Source of the DNA: Lama glama
Taxonomy: Eukaryota
Reading direction: 5' to 3'
Assembly: GCA_028534125.1 (NCBI GenBank)
Contig: JAPYYK010000086.1
Span: forward strand, 3,038,001 to 3,102,000
Length of the DNA: 64,000 nt
A program made the translations under genes and the position numbers. Each line of letters opens with the position of its first letter. The stretch's first letter is position 1. This document shows positions 51,636 through 64,000 of this stretch, in pieces. The notes under the pieces were generated by a model, which was given only the letters and a program-made list of their open reading frames with translations, was not told the DNA's origin and ran no database searches.

Positions 51636-54294
51636 TTGCTACGAAATAAAACCTTAAGGAATCTTGTGGTTTTCTCACCGGACATCTGATGCTGCTGTGA
51701 ATAATATTAACAGCCAAGAGCAAAGAACCATTTGAACCAAATCAGTGGCTGCTTTTAGGGGTTTTTCTAAAGGAGGTCGGAGCATTCGAAATACATACTT
51801 TTGAAGCTGACTGGTGGTTTCTAAACACCCCCAGGCATACTCAGTTGTCTATTTCTTTCTCAACAGGCAAGACAGTACGAGTCCAGTGGATGGCAAGACC
51901 TCCTCCTTAGAGAGGCCGACAGAAGTGAGAACTGCAGAGGGGAACATGGACGGAGCGCCCTGTCGTGCAGCGCGACCTGGCCAGAGCCCCCAGCGCTCCC
52001 GGGCCTTCTGGACAGGCCCTTGCTCTGGCGTCGACACCAGGAGGTGGCTGTAAAGGAGTCTGTGCTTATAGGATACGTTGCTAAGCCTCATTACTCTGAT
52101 ATCCTGTCTCATCTACTGATGCCACGAAACGCCTTTTGAAAGCTGTTACCATGGGAACTTTCCCCTCTCCAGTATTTTTCAAGAAATGTCACAGGTGCTG
52201 GAGAATTCCATGCCCTTGGTCTCAGTAAGCTTTTTCTGAGTCTTTGAACATGCAGCTTCAACCGAGAGGATTTTCAAACATATGATGCAAGGGTTTCAGA
52301 GGCAAATATCCTCAAGGCACGGGGTTAATCACACGGGATGGGTGGGGGAGGCTGTGACAGCCTGAAGGTGTGATCACCCGAGGCCCCACGAGGCATGCAG
52401 ATTCTATAGCACAGAGCTTTCAGTGCATCTTACCAGCTACACAGAAGACCCCACGGGGCTATCCGCAGCTCAGAGGGTGACCCCAGCAAGGGGTACTGTG
52501 GCATCCCTGCCATGGGGTTTCCTTCCTTATCAGAACTGGCAGGTGGCCCACCACACGGTAATGCATCAATGCAGGCAGGACCAGTCATCACCCCCCATGG
52601 AACCCCTGGTCCTGGGTCAGCCATGGAAGCACATCAACCCGTCTCTCAACCGAGCCCCATCAGCCCGGGCCTGCTCCTCTTCTAAATTCCTAGGAGGACA
52701 ACGGGCTCAACCTTTGACAGTATAAACAGTGTGGATCTGGTAGGAACCGACGCAGCTTCGTGTCCCGAGGTAGCGATGTTGCCAGGTGACAAATGTAGAA
52801 ACACACTCAGAAAACTGTATGTGACAATATAGAACCTCCGCTCTGCAGCTGATAACCGAGGGAGTGTTAAAACACCATGTTCTCTTAACACTTGGGTTTT
52901 GGGTGTGAACATAAAATTAAACGGGATGTTTCCTCTTGTAAATATAAGACAGGCATACACGTCACACATGCAACCACTAATTGGAAATCGTACAGGGGTT
53001 TGCAACAGCTATCTGCATGGCACCCTAGCTTTCCCTCCCCTACCCCTCTGCTCCCCCAACATGGATCACAGAAAACGCAGAGAAACAGAGCTGAGCAACA
53101 GCCTCCCATCCACCAGGGCCAAGTTCACCCCTGACCAGAGAAAGCTACTCATGCAAAGGACAGCAGTGAGAACTAAAGACACACTTATACATTATTATAA
53201 AACTGAGCATGCTTCCATTGTGTGGTTCCTAAGTCGACTCTTAGAATTCACTGCATAACCAAGCAGTGAGTACTTGCTTCTCAGATCAAATGATCAGGGC
53301 TGCCCACTCACTCCCAACAATAACAAGACAGATACTTCTGGAGGAGGTACAGCACCTCACATCGGTGGATGTAGAGCCCAGAGCTGCTCCCTGCTCTGGA
53401 CCCAAGAGACTTCAAGGTTGTCCAGCATGAGAAAAAAGTCGAGAGACTATTAGGGGAAAGAGATCTGGGTTCAAATCTCATCTCTGCTAACCAGTGACTT
53501 TAGGCAAGACCTCCCTGATCTTTTGAGACTCAGTTTCCCTATCTGTCATTGGGGCTATCTCCCCTAGTCCAGATAAGGTGCCTAGCAGCACCAGGCCCTG
53601 TGTCTGCCCCATAATGGGCACTTTATAAAGGCACAAAGTCCCAGCCTCTTCCTTCTGCAAAACATACATACTCTGCAACCTGCCAAAGACTCAAATATGG
53701 GGAGAATCTGGTGCACTGAGCTTCTCCATGCAAAATGGACAAAAGCGGAGATCTAACAAGCTTCGCATTATATACCAAAGTACATATACTTCTTTAGATG
53801 CAAGTGAAAACCAAAAATTGTGAGTAATATAATCAAACTTTTCTTAAGAGCCCTAATTAAATGATTCGCTCTCTGTCTCCATGGAGAGGAAGTTATGCAA
53901 GAGAGTTTCCTTGCCATGAACTTTCATAGACCTGAGATCCTGGAACCCACTAGAGGTGAAGCGACATGTACAGGACATATAATTTTTATTTGACAAATGC
54001 CCAGCCCGAAAGGTAAAGTCTTTCACAGTTCCATCCTCCATCCTTCACCAGCCGGTGATAGAACCAAAGCAAAGACACCAAGCGCACAAGCCACCTGGGA
54101 TTTCTCTGGATGGCAGACCGCCCTGCACAATGAGCCCACTGACTGAAGAGGAACAAAGTGAAGTCACAGATTCTCAAGTGCCCAGCCAACAGAAGCCAGG
54201 CCCTCGAAGAGGGTGCACCGCCCATTTCCTCGGTCCCCAGGGAGGGGCCTGTGCCAGAGGGGGACTGGGGGCAGCTTCTTATACAGGAGGCAGC

Positions 54295-54535
54295 ACTGCA
54301 GAGAGGCTGAGAACCCAGGCTCTGCAGGAAACAAACCCTGGCACAAGTGCCAGCTAGCTGTGTGACCCTAAGCAAGTAACTTGACCTCTCAGATCCTCTA
54401 CTTCCCGCTGAGCAAAAAGGGGTGCAGGCACTACCTGCCCACCAGGACCAGCACGAAGAGTAAGAGAGATCATGCAGAGAAGGCACGCAGCCTTGCTCCT
54501 GGCAGGCGAGCGCTCTGATTTCGGTTATTATTACC
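54295..54535 (+). mobile_element. MIR SINE
   Basis: ctagctgtgtgaccctaagcaagtaacttgacctctc core. Confidence 0.6.
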
Positions 54536-55699
54536 AACTGCTATAGTGACCGTGAAGAAGAAAAGAAGACCAAAGTCGCCACCAAGTATCTCTGGCATCA
54601 AAAGATTTCTCCCAACTGACATTACAGATTTCCCTTGTGCTCAGATAAACGGAACTCCTTCCTGCTCCTGAAGAAGGCGTCCCTTTAAAAAGGGGGTGGC
54701 TGTTGATCACACATTTTCATGTTTCACATCCTCAGGTTTCTGTTCACAAAAGGGTAAGAAGGCTGACGTAACATGGTGGCCACACAGGGTCCAGACTTCC
54801 ATGCATTCCGGGAACACTGACTGAGCACCCACTGCGGTCCAGGCGCTGGGGTAAGACAGAGCCCTGACCTGGGAAGAGCCCACACCGTTGGGTGGGTGGA
54901 GGGGGAGGAGAGGAAGACACACCAACAAAAGTAACCATGAGCCACGATGGCACGGCATATCAGGCACCATCCCGAGCTGAGTGCTTTCCATGCACTGTCG
55001 CGCTTGAGAGCAGGAGTCCCTGCCCTGCTCGCTACGCACAGGCCGACCTCCTGTCAGCTGAGGCCTCTCTGTGGGGCTGGGGGGAAGGCGGACTTCATCT
55101 CTGCCCCCTCGGGTCTTACAGCGAGCCTCCACTGAAAGTGGGGTGATTACGACAGTCAATGAACCACCCAGACAGAGAGATCGCCTCTGCCTCAGGGGAT
55201 CCAGAGGAGGTTTCGAGCAGGCAGCATTTCCAACAGGGCTCAGGGAACGTGCCAGGAAAAGGGCAAGTGGGCACGTCCCACACGGAGCAGAGGGATCTGA
55301 GTACACAGCCAGGGACAGGCCCACGGCAGGTGCAGCCGTAGGACAATGAGCGCGGGCGTGAGGGTGGAACCAGGCGGGGCGCCAGCGGATTTCATCAATG
55401 CGGCTATGGATTCTGCCTTCCTTGGAAGGCTGTGAGGACAGGGACCATGGTGGTCCGGCCTCTGCATGGGGGGTGCCACTGACAGCAGTATGGGAGGGCA
55501 GGGAGGCCTGGAAGAGCCCATCTCAGGAGGAAGGATCAGGCTCAGAACTCAGTCGGCCCCAGGCTGGCAGGAGGTGTAGGGTGCTGGTCAGGGACAGGAG
55601 GTCTGGAGCCAGAGCACCTCGTTTCCAATCCCAGCGCCGCCAGCCCCAGTGGGGCCGCTTTGGGCACGTCACTTAGCCTCGAGGTGACAAGTGTTTGGC

Positions 55700-56110
55700 T
55701 CATTACAAGTCCTAACTAAGTACCAGCTATGAAGAGCTGGGAGGTGGAGCGGGCGCAGCAGGAGTTCCTGACAAAACTCAAGACGGAGGAGACCGAGGAC
55801 CTCAAGGTTTCTAGCTCAGAGACTGGAGGGGTGGGGGTGAGGGTCCATCAACCAAGACGCAGACCTCAAAAAGGCAGATGGGGTGGAAGACAGGAGGCGG
55901 CAGGCATGCTTGGGGGTCATGTAAACTTACAGTTAACGCTGAGGTAGGTGGAGATGCCCAGCAGGGATTGGCAGAGAGATCTGGGAATCAGCAGAGAGCT
56001 GGGGCCAGGAGCTGTACCTTTGGGCAGTGCTGGCAGAAATGATAGCTAGAAGCCTCGGGGAATGGGCGAAATCACCCAGGGAGTTTGGAGAAAAAGAAGG
56101 TAACCGGGCT
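55700..56110 (-). mobile_element. L2 internal fragment
   Basis: gtggagatgcccagcagg...gagagctggggccaggag...tttgggcagt...gaaatcacccagggag. Confidence 0.55.
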
Positions 56111-56634
56111 GGAGACCTGGCGTCAGCGTTTCAGCTCTTTGAAGGTTAACTGTACGTGCCCCAGGGAGACCTCGTGTTCATCACTAGGGAAAACCTCTGT
56201 GGGAAGCTCAACAAGGGAACAGCATAAGGCCTCAGCGAAGTGACTAACCTAAAATGTGGCGCACTGGGGAAGGATGGTCAGAGAGGGCTTCCGGGATGAG
56301 AACTCCAGACTCTGAGCCACACACACAGATCCCTGTGGGGACGCGCCCCCGAGCCTCCCCATCAAACCTGTGCTGAAAGGCGGGAAACAGGCAGTGAAGG
56401 AAGAAGGGCGATCAGCCCACGACCAGAAAAGGAAAGAGAATGCAGAGGCCTCTCCTTCCCTGAATTCCCGCTTATTAGCTGAGTCGGGGGCCAAACTTCC
56501 TGCGTCTTAGGATATTAGTCATCTGGTGGATATTTACCTCAAATCTATCATCACCCTACCAGGGGGTAAAGAACACAGAGCAATGGGGTTACGACAGGGT
56601 TCTTTTCCTATCTAGACAGCAAAGACTCAACAAA

Positions 56635-56855
56635 CATGGGCTGGCAAAGGTTTTCTGTCAAGGGCCAAGCTGAAAATATTCTAGGATTTGCCGGCCATTC
56701 AGTCTGTGTGCAACTTCTCAGCTCTGCCTGGGCAGCACGAGAACAGCCAGAGGCAGCGCCGCAGGAACAGGATGGCTGTGTTCCAATAAAACTTTATTTA
56801 CAAAAGCAGGCAGCCGGCAGGATTCAACCCGCCGGCCATAGTTCGCCAGCCTCTG
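56635..56855 (+). mobile_element. MER58A hAT-Charlie DNA transposon
   Basis: ggcaaaggttttctgtcaagggcca...ggctgtgttccaataaaactttatttacaaaa...ggccatagttcgcca. Confidence 0.85.
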
Positions 56856-57686
56856 GACCAATGTACCATCAGCCAACAGAGGAGGGTTTGGTGTCAGCTG
56901 GGGAGTTTAAGAGGCCCTCCATCCTCACAAGCCACTAAGGAAAGTTAGGAAGAACAGAGGCCTCTTGCTGGTGCTGAGGGAAGAGAAGGAAAGAAGGAAG
57001 ACTTAGACCTGCTGTGGATTTAATAGGATACAATGAAACGGTGGCTCGATTGACAGCTATTTCCAAGTCTTCTCTGACTTTTTTTCTGCCCCCAACTCAA
57101 GTTTTGGAGATTGTGGAAAACCCGAGGCTTCCGCTGAAGACATGTCTTAGAAACTAATTCCTGCCTATGGGTTTTGTAGGATGGAAGGTGATTAACACTT
57201 TCCTGCCAAAGATCTCCCCTCAACTCCCTAACTGCTGCCCTCCTAGGGAAGGCCAGAAGAACACTCCTCCCTGAACTGCTGGCTCTGCTACTTGGGGAAG
57301 AAGAAAAGTAACACTGGGTCTCCTGTTTCTCTAAAAGCACGAGCCAGGATGCGTATTATCCCCTAAGACCACGTGGACAGGTTGGTGCTTCTGGAACCCA
57401 AGTGAGAAGGAACGTGCTGACCATCTTTGCAGTAACGTCCTGCCCTGAAATGCAGAACCCAGTGCCAGTGGGTCCACGCACCATCCGGTGCCCGCACCAC
57501 AAAGAGAGCCGTGGGAGTTCATCCAAGTCCCGTGTTCCCAAGCATGGGAACTACTTTTGGATCTTGAGTTTTCACTTCAAAACCTGGATCTACACCAATA
57601 ATCCTAAAAGACTCCTGTTCGGTGACATGCCAGTTGTCTGGGAGTGGAGAGGAAGAGCATTTGTCAAAGGATGACTTGGGCCCCCA

Positions 57687-57728
<42 letters not shown>
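57687..57728. repeat. (AAT)14 microsatellite
   Basis: Perfect trinucleotide run. Confidence 0.96.
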
Positions 57729-57730
<2 letters not shown>

Positions 57731-58079
57731 AGAGAAGGAAAAAAATGTCCTGGCTCAGGGAGCAGTGAACTGGATTGCCTGCTGCTCTTTGCTTCACCCA
57801 GAACGTCTGTCGGTTTAAGTAGCTGGTACCCAAGGCAATGAAGTCTCCCAACCTCCTGGACCCCTAAAATCACTTCAAATATACAAGCAGTCAGAGGGAC
57901 TCAGGCGAACTGTGTGTGAAAACGTATAACTGCAGACTGGATCATAAACCACTACACAGAAGCAAAGTATCAGAAGGAAGATTTTTGACAGAAAACAAAC
58001 TGAATAAAACAAAGCCTGTTTTTAAATAATAAAAATTGTATTAATACACATAATTGCCACCTCATTGTGAGATCTTGCG

Positions 58080-58950
58080 GATCTCACATCCGCACTCCAG
58101 CACTGAGCGACGCACTTTCTGTGAGTCACCCGGTCCGCCCGTCCCGGGAGCCCCAGGGGTATGACACTGAGCCGCTCTCGGGCCTGGAGCCGGGCCAGGC
58201 GGTCAGCGACCTGCCCGGAGCCCTGAGATGGGCTGCGGTGAGGCGGGGGGAGGGGCCTCCCTCACTCTCCCAAACCAACCCGCCCCACGGCCGCGGCCCC
58301 ATCCCTGCAGCTCTGCTGGGCTGTGCGCCCCACCCTGACCTTACTGGTCAGTCCTCTCGACAGCTGAGTAAGGAAGGGACTCAGTCCTTCTAACTCTCGT
58401 TTCAGAGATGAGCCAACTGAGTTCCTGAGCATCCTGAGTAAGTTCAAGGTCACCCCGCTAGTTGGGGCAGGGCTAGAATCCAGCCCAGGTGTTTCCACTC
58501 TGGAGGCCAAGTTCCTTCCCCGGCGCCACCTTCCCTCCTGGGCAGTGTCCCCCCAGGTCCCTGACCCCGCGCCACCCACTCTCCAGGGAGGACCGACGGG
58601 CAGCCCTCCCGGAACCACGCCGGCGGCTTCACCGTCCGGACCCTTCTGGGCCGGGCCACCTGCCTCCCTCTTATTTTCATGCCATCAGCTCCCACACCCC
58701 CAGGCCGGGGAGAAAGCAGTCTTCCCCACTGCTGGCCACACTCTTCTCCCACATGGATAAATCCCGAGGTCAGAAAACACCGCTCAGAAGTGACTCATTT
58801 CTGACCCCTCTGCCAAACACAACACCCTTTTACGTAACTCGCTCTCACACCCATCTCCTCCTCCTCCTCCTCCGGGTGGCTGCCCTGTCAAACCAAGGCT
58901 GACCTTCCTCACCAGCTGGCCGTCCGTGCCAACTACCCTTCCCGCCCCCC
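58080..58950. promoter_or_regulatory. CpG-enriched intronic segment with AP-1 sites (candidate enhancer)
   Basis: About 20 CpG in the first 300 bp by eye; TGAGTCA 58122-58128, TGACTCA 58791-58797. Confidence 0.35.
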
Positions 58951-60429
58951 ATCTCTGCTCGCTGGGGTCAGAGGTGGCCTCCAGCAAGCTCCCCCTCAGG
59001 GCCTTCTTGGTGACTTCTTCTGGAAGGGCTGGGAGACTTCATATCGAATATTGGCTCGTGGGCTGATGTCTTAAGCCAACCTCAAAAAATAAGTGTGTGG
59101 TGAGGGAAAGGCCCCTGGACGAGGGATCTCTCTCTCTCTCAGCTGAATCTGCAAGCCAGCTTCCTGACAGAGCACTTCTCACATTTTCCAACTCTCGCTG
59201 TGTACGTGCGGAAAAGAAAATCCTTTTTGGGTGTGTCTGTAGGCTTGACTTGGCATAGGGAGAGCCGTGGGCTGCCTTTCGATACATACAATTCACTGTG
59301 CTGCTGCAATCCGGAAGCAATTAATCCAAAAAAATTTTTTTGTATCTGTCTCCTTCCTTTGCTGTGAGGTTCTCTAGGATCATGTCAGCACATATACCCC
59401 CAAACACCTGTGTGTGCTTAAAAAAAACCCCGAACGTGAAGTATGTTCAGAGATACACCCTCCTCCTCTTCTCCAGGTGAGAAGGGCCTGTGGCCTCCCG
59501 CAGGGAAGAGGAAGCGAGGGAACTTCCCCCGGGCGCTGGTGGGAACATCTCAGGAGGAAGGAACAGAGAAGTTGGCAAGGACTCGGAGGACGGATATGCA
59601 AGTGCCATGAGACTGGCTGAGCCTGGCGTGTGCCAAAAATTAATTCATAAGCAAATGCTTATTTTATAGTTTCCCACTGGCTACAAAACATCAAGCAGAA
59701 TGGAAAGATTTCTTCTGGGGGCTGGCAGGAAGTGGGTGGCACTGGAGAGTGCAGAAAGAAAGCAGGGTTACTCTTCAGGAGATGCCTGATCCCACCGCTC
59801 GACAAAGCCACCCATCCCTGGGGGTCCCAAGGTGCCGGTGTGGTCTTGTTGCTCCCGGAAGCAGAGGGTTTGCCATGAAGCCTGAGCCGCTCCGATGGTA
59901 CCCGGGTAGAAGTTTGGGAGGCAGTGCCCATCCTCAGATGTTACCAGCATCAGAGAAGCCAGGGCAGGGACAGAAGACACTGGAAGACTTGGGGACACGG
60001 CCCCTAGGAGTCCATTATGCCAGGCCAGGAAATATCCTAAATTGGGCTTCAAGGCTTACGTGATGACACGACAGATTGTACAGTTTCAGAAAAAAGGAGC
60101 AAATTCTCTGCATGAGGGTTCCTAGCAAGCACATAGGTCCTTACTTTTGGATTCCCATAAATTGAATTTTCTGAAGTCTAGGCCATGAAGTTTAGAACTT
60201 CTGAAGAGCCATGGTCCCCAGTGACCTTATCCTCTGGACAGGGTGTGGGTTTTCACACACCCTCAAAAGGGGAAGGACATGAGTTGACACTTCTGCCCAG
60301 AAGGGACTGAGCTTCCAGGGCAGAGACAGTGGTGCCACCAGTTGGGCACAGCTGTAACACCCAACTCAGGGGCTCAGCTGACCCATGGTAGGTCTCAATC
60401 CACTGTCACAGGTGCCCGTGGGGGAGCCA

Positions 60430-60955
60430 GTCCCCCCAGGTGGCCCCACAACTCCCTCTCCTTTGTGTACATGCCCACCTCAAAGCAAGAGGTAGACCCT
60501 TCTCCCCTCCCCCTGAAACTGGGCTCACAACGGGCTCTGACCGACAGAATGTGGCATCGGTGTTGTACTAAGGATTCCAAGCCCAGGTCCTGAAACACCT
60601 GGTGGCTTCCACGTCCCACTCCTCAAACACGACTTTTGAGCACGCAGCCACCGTCCTCTAAGCAGCCCACACCGCACAGAGAGGCCGCACGGAGGAGAAC
60701 CAAGGCGACAGCCACTGCTCAGCTCCCAGATGAGGGCCAGCACCAGCGCCACGGCCACGCAAGCGGTCGTCTTGGGCGTCCCAGCCCCATCACGCCCCTG
60801 ATGACTGCAGCCCCGGCCGGGACCACACAGAGCAGAACCGCCCAGCTGAGCCCAAGCCCACAGAAACAGGACAGGGGTCAGGATGGCCATGGCTTTAATC
60901 AAGCCATTAAGTTTTGAGGTGATCAACACAACAGCTCAACAGTAAGATAACTAAG
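60430..60955 (+). mobile_element. MaLR solo LTR (MLT1-like)
   Basis: tgaccgacagaatgtggca, gactgcagccccggcc, ccgcccagctgagccca, aagccattaagttttgaggtg...agataac. Confidence 0.7.
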
Positions 60956-61334
60956 GCCGGGGGCAGGAGAGGAGGGGACGAGAGGCACGTGATCCTCAGC
61001 TCGGGCTTTGCCCCACCCCTCGCTCGCCTCCTGTTCCCTCACCTGTGTGACGGGGAGAACGCACGCGCAGCACACCTCACAGCCCCGCCTGGAGACTCAG
61101 ACGGCACAGCCGGAGGGAAAGGGCTTCGCAACCAGAAGCCAACGGCAACCGGACGCGAGTGCCACTCGCCTTCCCCACTGAGCGCTGCAGCCGTGGGCCC
61201 ATCCCTGGCCCACGCACGCCTCTGTCCTGGGAGGTGACAAGGACTTCACTTGTGAAAAGGAGAAAGTCGTCTTCCTTATCAAGCACCTGCCTTCCTCCTC
61301 CGATCTTCACCATCATCCTCAGCAATGAAGCTGT

Positions 61335-61560
61335 TGCAGGCAAGGAGGAGTCTGGGGAGCCAAGCCACGTGGCCCTGCTACTTACTGCTGGTGTGATGTG
61401 GGGCAAGCTCCTTAACTATCTGGGGCTTTCATTTCCTTACCTGTAGAGGGGTAAGCGTGGCACCTGCCTGGCAGGGAGACTGTGAGGACCAAATGAGATG
61501 ATACAAGGGGAGCACTGACATGCAGTTCCTGGTCCACAGTAGGCACTTAATAAATGCTGG
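61335..61560 (+). mobile_element. MIR SINE
   Basis: acttactgctggtgtgatgtggggcaagctccttaac...tttccttacctgta...gtaggcacttaataaatgct. Confidence 0.7.
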
Positions 61561-61582
61561 TCATCATCAACATCACATGGCT

Positions 61583-61969
61583 TTTCACTTAATGATCATA
61601 CAGTGGAACTGACTCTTTTGGTGTGCAGTTCTACAAATTCTCACGCATGTAGAGATTTGTATGCCCAAAGCAAGACACTCAACTGTGGCATCACCCAAAA
61701 AAGTCCTCTGTGCTGTTCCCTTACAGTCAGATTCTCCCCTCACCCTTATGGTGGCAAACGCTGCTCTGTTCTCCATCACTACAGCCTGGTCCTTTGGAGA
61801 ACGTCGTACAAATAGAACCATACAGGGTGTCACCCTCTGAGACTGGCTTCTTTCACTCAGCATAACGCTTTGAGGGGCCCCATGTTATCACGTTTATCAG
61901 TAGTTCATTCCTTTTTTATCACAGAGTAGTGTTCATGCTGTATGGATGTACCACAGTCTGTCCATCACC
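61583..61969 (-). mobile_element. Old L1MC-like 3' end
   Basis: catcacccaaaaaagtcc, gactggcttctttcactcagcata, tatcagtagttcattccttttt, gtatggatgtaccacag. Confidence 0.7.
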
Positions 61970-62131
61970 TTTTTGTTTCCTAATTGAAGTATAGTTGATT
62001 TACAATGTGTTAATCTCTGGTGCACAGCACAGTGATTCATTTATACGTACATATTTTTCCTTTCCGTATTCTTTGTCATTAGAGGCTACTGCAAGCTGCT
62101 GAAGATAGTCCCCTGTGCTGCACAGTAGGCA
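61970..62131 (-). mobile_element. Younger L1 3' end inserted at the edge of the older L1
   Basis: aattgaagtatagttgatttacaatg...cagtgattca...atagtcccctgtgctgcacagtagg; ATCACC direct repeats at 61964-61969 and 62132-62137. Confidence 0.8.
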
Positions 62132-64000
62132 ATCACCATATTTAAAATTATTGTCACAAGCCAGGGAGAAAAGACCTCAGAAGTGGAGTCGGCTAGCCAT
62201 ACCTACTAGATTCTAAGATTTTCTGGGAAAACAATGGATATTGCTAGAAAGCCCTGATTCAAAGCGTCAAAGAACTCAGGAGTCCACGTGTATGTGTGTC
62301 TCGTGTCTGACGACACAGGAACAGAAACCCAGCAATGACTTTCCAAATCCTACACGAAAGCGGGCTGGAAAGCGGGTGTCAGTCCCCTTCTCCTCTGCAG
62401 GAAGCAGGCCCCACACCCTGGGGGAGGTGTTTGTGAGCACAAGGGCCCTTCTGCAGCCCTCTCCTCGGACAGGCAGCCCAGTTCTGGAACCACGCAGCCC
62501 TGCACTCCCCAGCGACCGCCCTTCCCACCTGTCACTGGGAAACAGGAATCCAGGGGCGCCCACCTGAGCCCAGACCGCCCTCCCTCCCTGGGCAGGTGAC
62601 ACAAGACGATGAACAGGAAGCAAGAGCGGGCAGTGAGCCCTGGCTGGGACAGGACTTCAGCCATCAGTAACCGCCACCACTGCGGTCAGAATCCGACTCG
62701 CACTAACCCCCCAGCTGCTCGTTTACTACTCTGAACCAGCTTCTCTAAGGCAAGACGAAACTGAGTCACTCCCTCTGGTGCTTCAGGGTGTCTGTCCTTA
62801 ACTGGCCTGAAACAACCTGAATTCCTCACCATTTTCTCCAGAGAAAGAGACACGCGGGGCCAAGGGGATCTCACAAGTCAACTCCAGGCTACAATTAATC
62901 TTCCTGGAACCACAAATCTCTAATGAGGCAGCGGGTGAGATGCTCCCAGCAGTCCCTGAGATCACAGGAGGAGAGAGGGGAGAGATGGGGGAAGCAAGCC
63001 GGCACTCAGGGCGGTGCGTCCCACCCTGGCGGGGGGCCCACAGGCCACCACACCCAGACCCACCCACCCACCCACGAGCACATGGGCTCCTCCGACAGAA
63101 AACAGCCCTGCTCCGGGAGGCTCAACGGCTAAAACTCCCTCGTGGCATTTCCTCTGCAGCCTGAGCATATGAGTAATGAATGTGTGAAAACACGAAACTA
63201 ATATTCACCATTACTTTACAAGATAAAGAACTTGAAGGAAAAACAGCTTCTGTGTGCCTTGCCATCACCATCAGGGGTACACTGTGAAAAACACGGCATC
63301 TTGCCAGAATCTCTGACTTCATCTTGCCAGCCAGGCTCGGCGCCGGCGGCCCTCAGCCCCCTCGAGCCCTCTCTTCGCTTCACGCTTCCTTAATTAACGG
63401 TGTCTTCTTGTGTCTAGTCATCCAGACTCTTTAAAGCCTCGAGAGCCAACTGGGGCTCCAGTATCCAATCAGGTGACACTCTGGCCAACGTGTATTAACT
63501 ATAAATGGGTCTAAGGCACCAGCCTTGAGTGGGGGGTGGGGGTTGGAGAGACTCCATTCATGACATCCTGCTGTAATCAGGTTCAGAATAGTTTTTCTCC
63601 CCATTTTTCTTTTCATTTTTTTTAATTGCCCATGTAACCACCACCTAGACCAAGATGTAGCACCAAACCCTCAAAAGGCTCCCTTCTGCCCCTCCTAGAA
63701 AGTAACCTCCCCTACCAGATGACTAATTCTATCATACACTCATTTTGAATTCAGGCTTTCATTAGCTCTCCTAAACAATTTCAAATTGACTTTTTAATTA
63801 TCGAACTGCCTCCCTCTAGGACCTGCTTTTCTCAAGTTATCTGTCAGATTTACAGTCCTACATTACAGCGCCGAGGCCCCTCGGGGTGCTTCTGGGCTAC
63901 TGTGTACAACTGCCATCACATCCCCAGTCCCCCTTCCACCCTCCTCTGCCTGTTCTGCTCACCCCAAAGGACCCAGTCCCCGCTGTGGGAGCATGTCTGC

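Larger units (their letters stand above)
50350..52940 (+). ncRNA. EGOT: Candidate orthologue of EGOT (intronic antisense lncRNA of ITPR1); boundaries tentative
   Basis: Lies in the long ITPR1 intron, opposite strand; upstream kB site 50099-50109, TTATAA near 50349, donor AGG|GTGAGT at 50545, acceptor tttctttctcaacag ending 51866, AATAAA 51645-51650 and ATTAAA 52916-52921. Identity inferred from recalled synteny, not from alignment. Confidence 0.4.

Noticed and set aside
50921-51657. ORFs of 125-168 aa across the N run (also 30309-30640)
   Set aside because: Artefacts of translating assembly gaps
39773-64000. Further ITPR1 coding exons or a nested protein-coding gene (e.g. ORFs 54707-55324, 53986-54537)
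   Set aside because: The expected upstream exon ending LLEGGNTTIQ was not found, and the ORFs are low-information and partly repeat-derived

Overview
Mammalian genomic DNA, probably camelid (inferred from the L1 3' ends and the absence of recognisable Bov-tA, PRE1 or Alu SINEs). The window holds an internal part of ITPR1 (inositol 1,4,5-trisphosphate receptor type 1) on the minus strand. Thirteen coding exons between 39772 and 473 splice into one open frame of 2017 nt (672 codons + 1 nt). They cover the distal regulatory/ARM region (DEVD site, GGLGLLG ATP motif, RIH-associated region), the first five transmembrane helices and part of the luminal loop. I found no ITPR1 exon in 39773-64000, which looks like part of one long intron; at about 49.5-53 kb it carries a candidate orthologue of the antisense lncRNA EGOT. 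The rest is old repeats (MIR, L2, L1M, MER, LTR), three younger L1 3' fragments, microsatellites and two assembly gaps. The most notable items are an L1 fragment in the polypyrimidine tract of a TM exon, a GC-AG intron with a duplicated donor, a 37-bp minisatellite carrying CRE sites, and the NF-kB/EGOT-like unit. I found no new protein-coding system. Repeat subfamily names and cross-species comparisons are from recall and were not searched; repeat boundaries are approximate.
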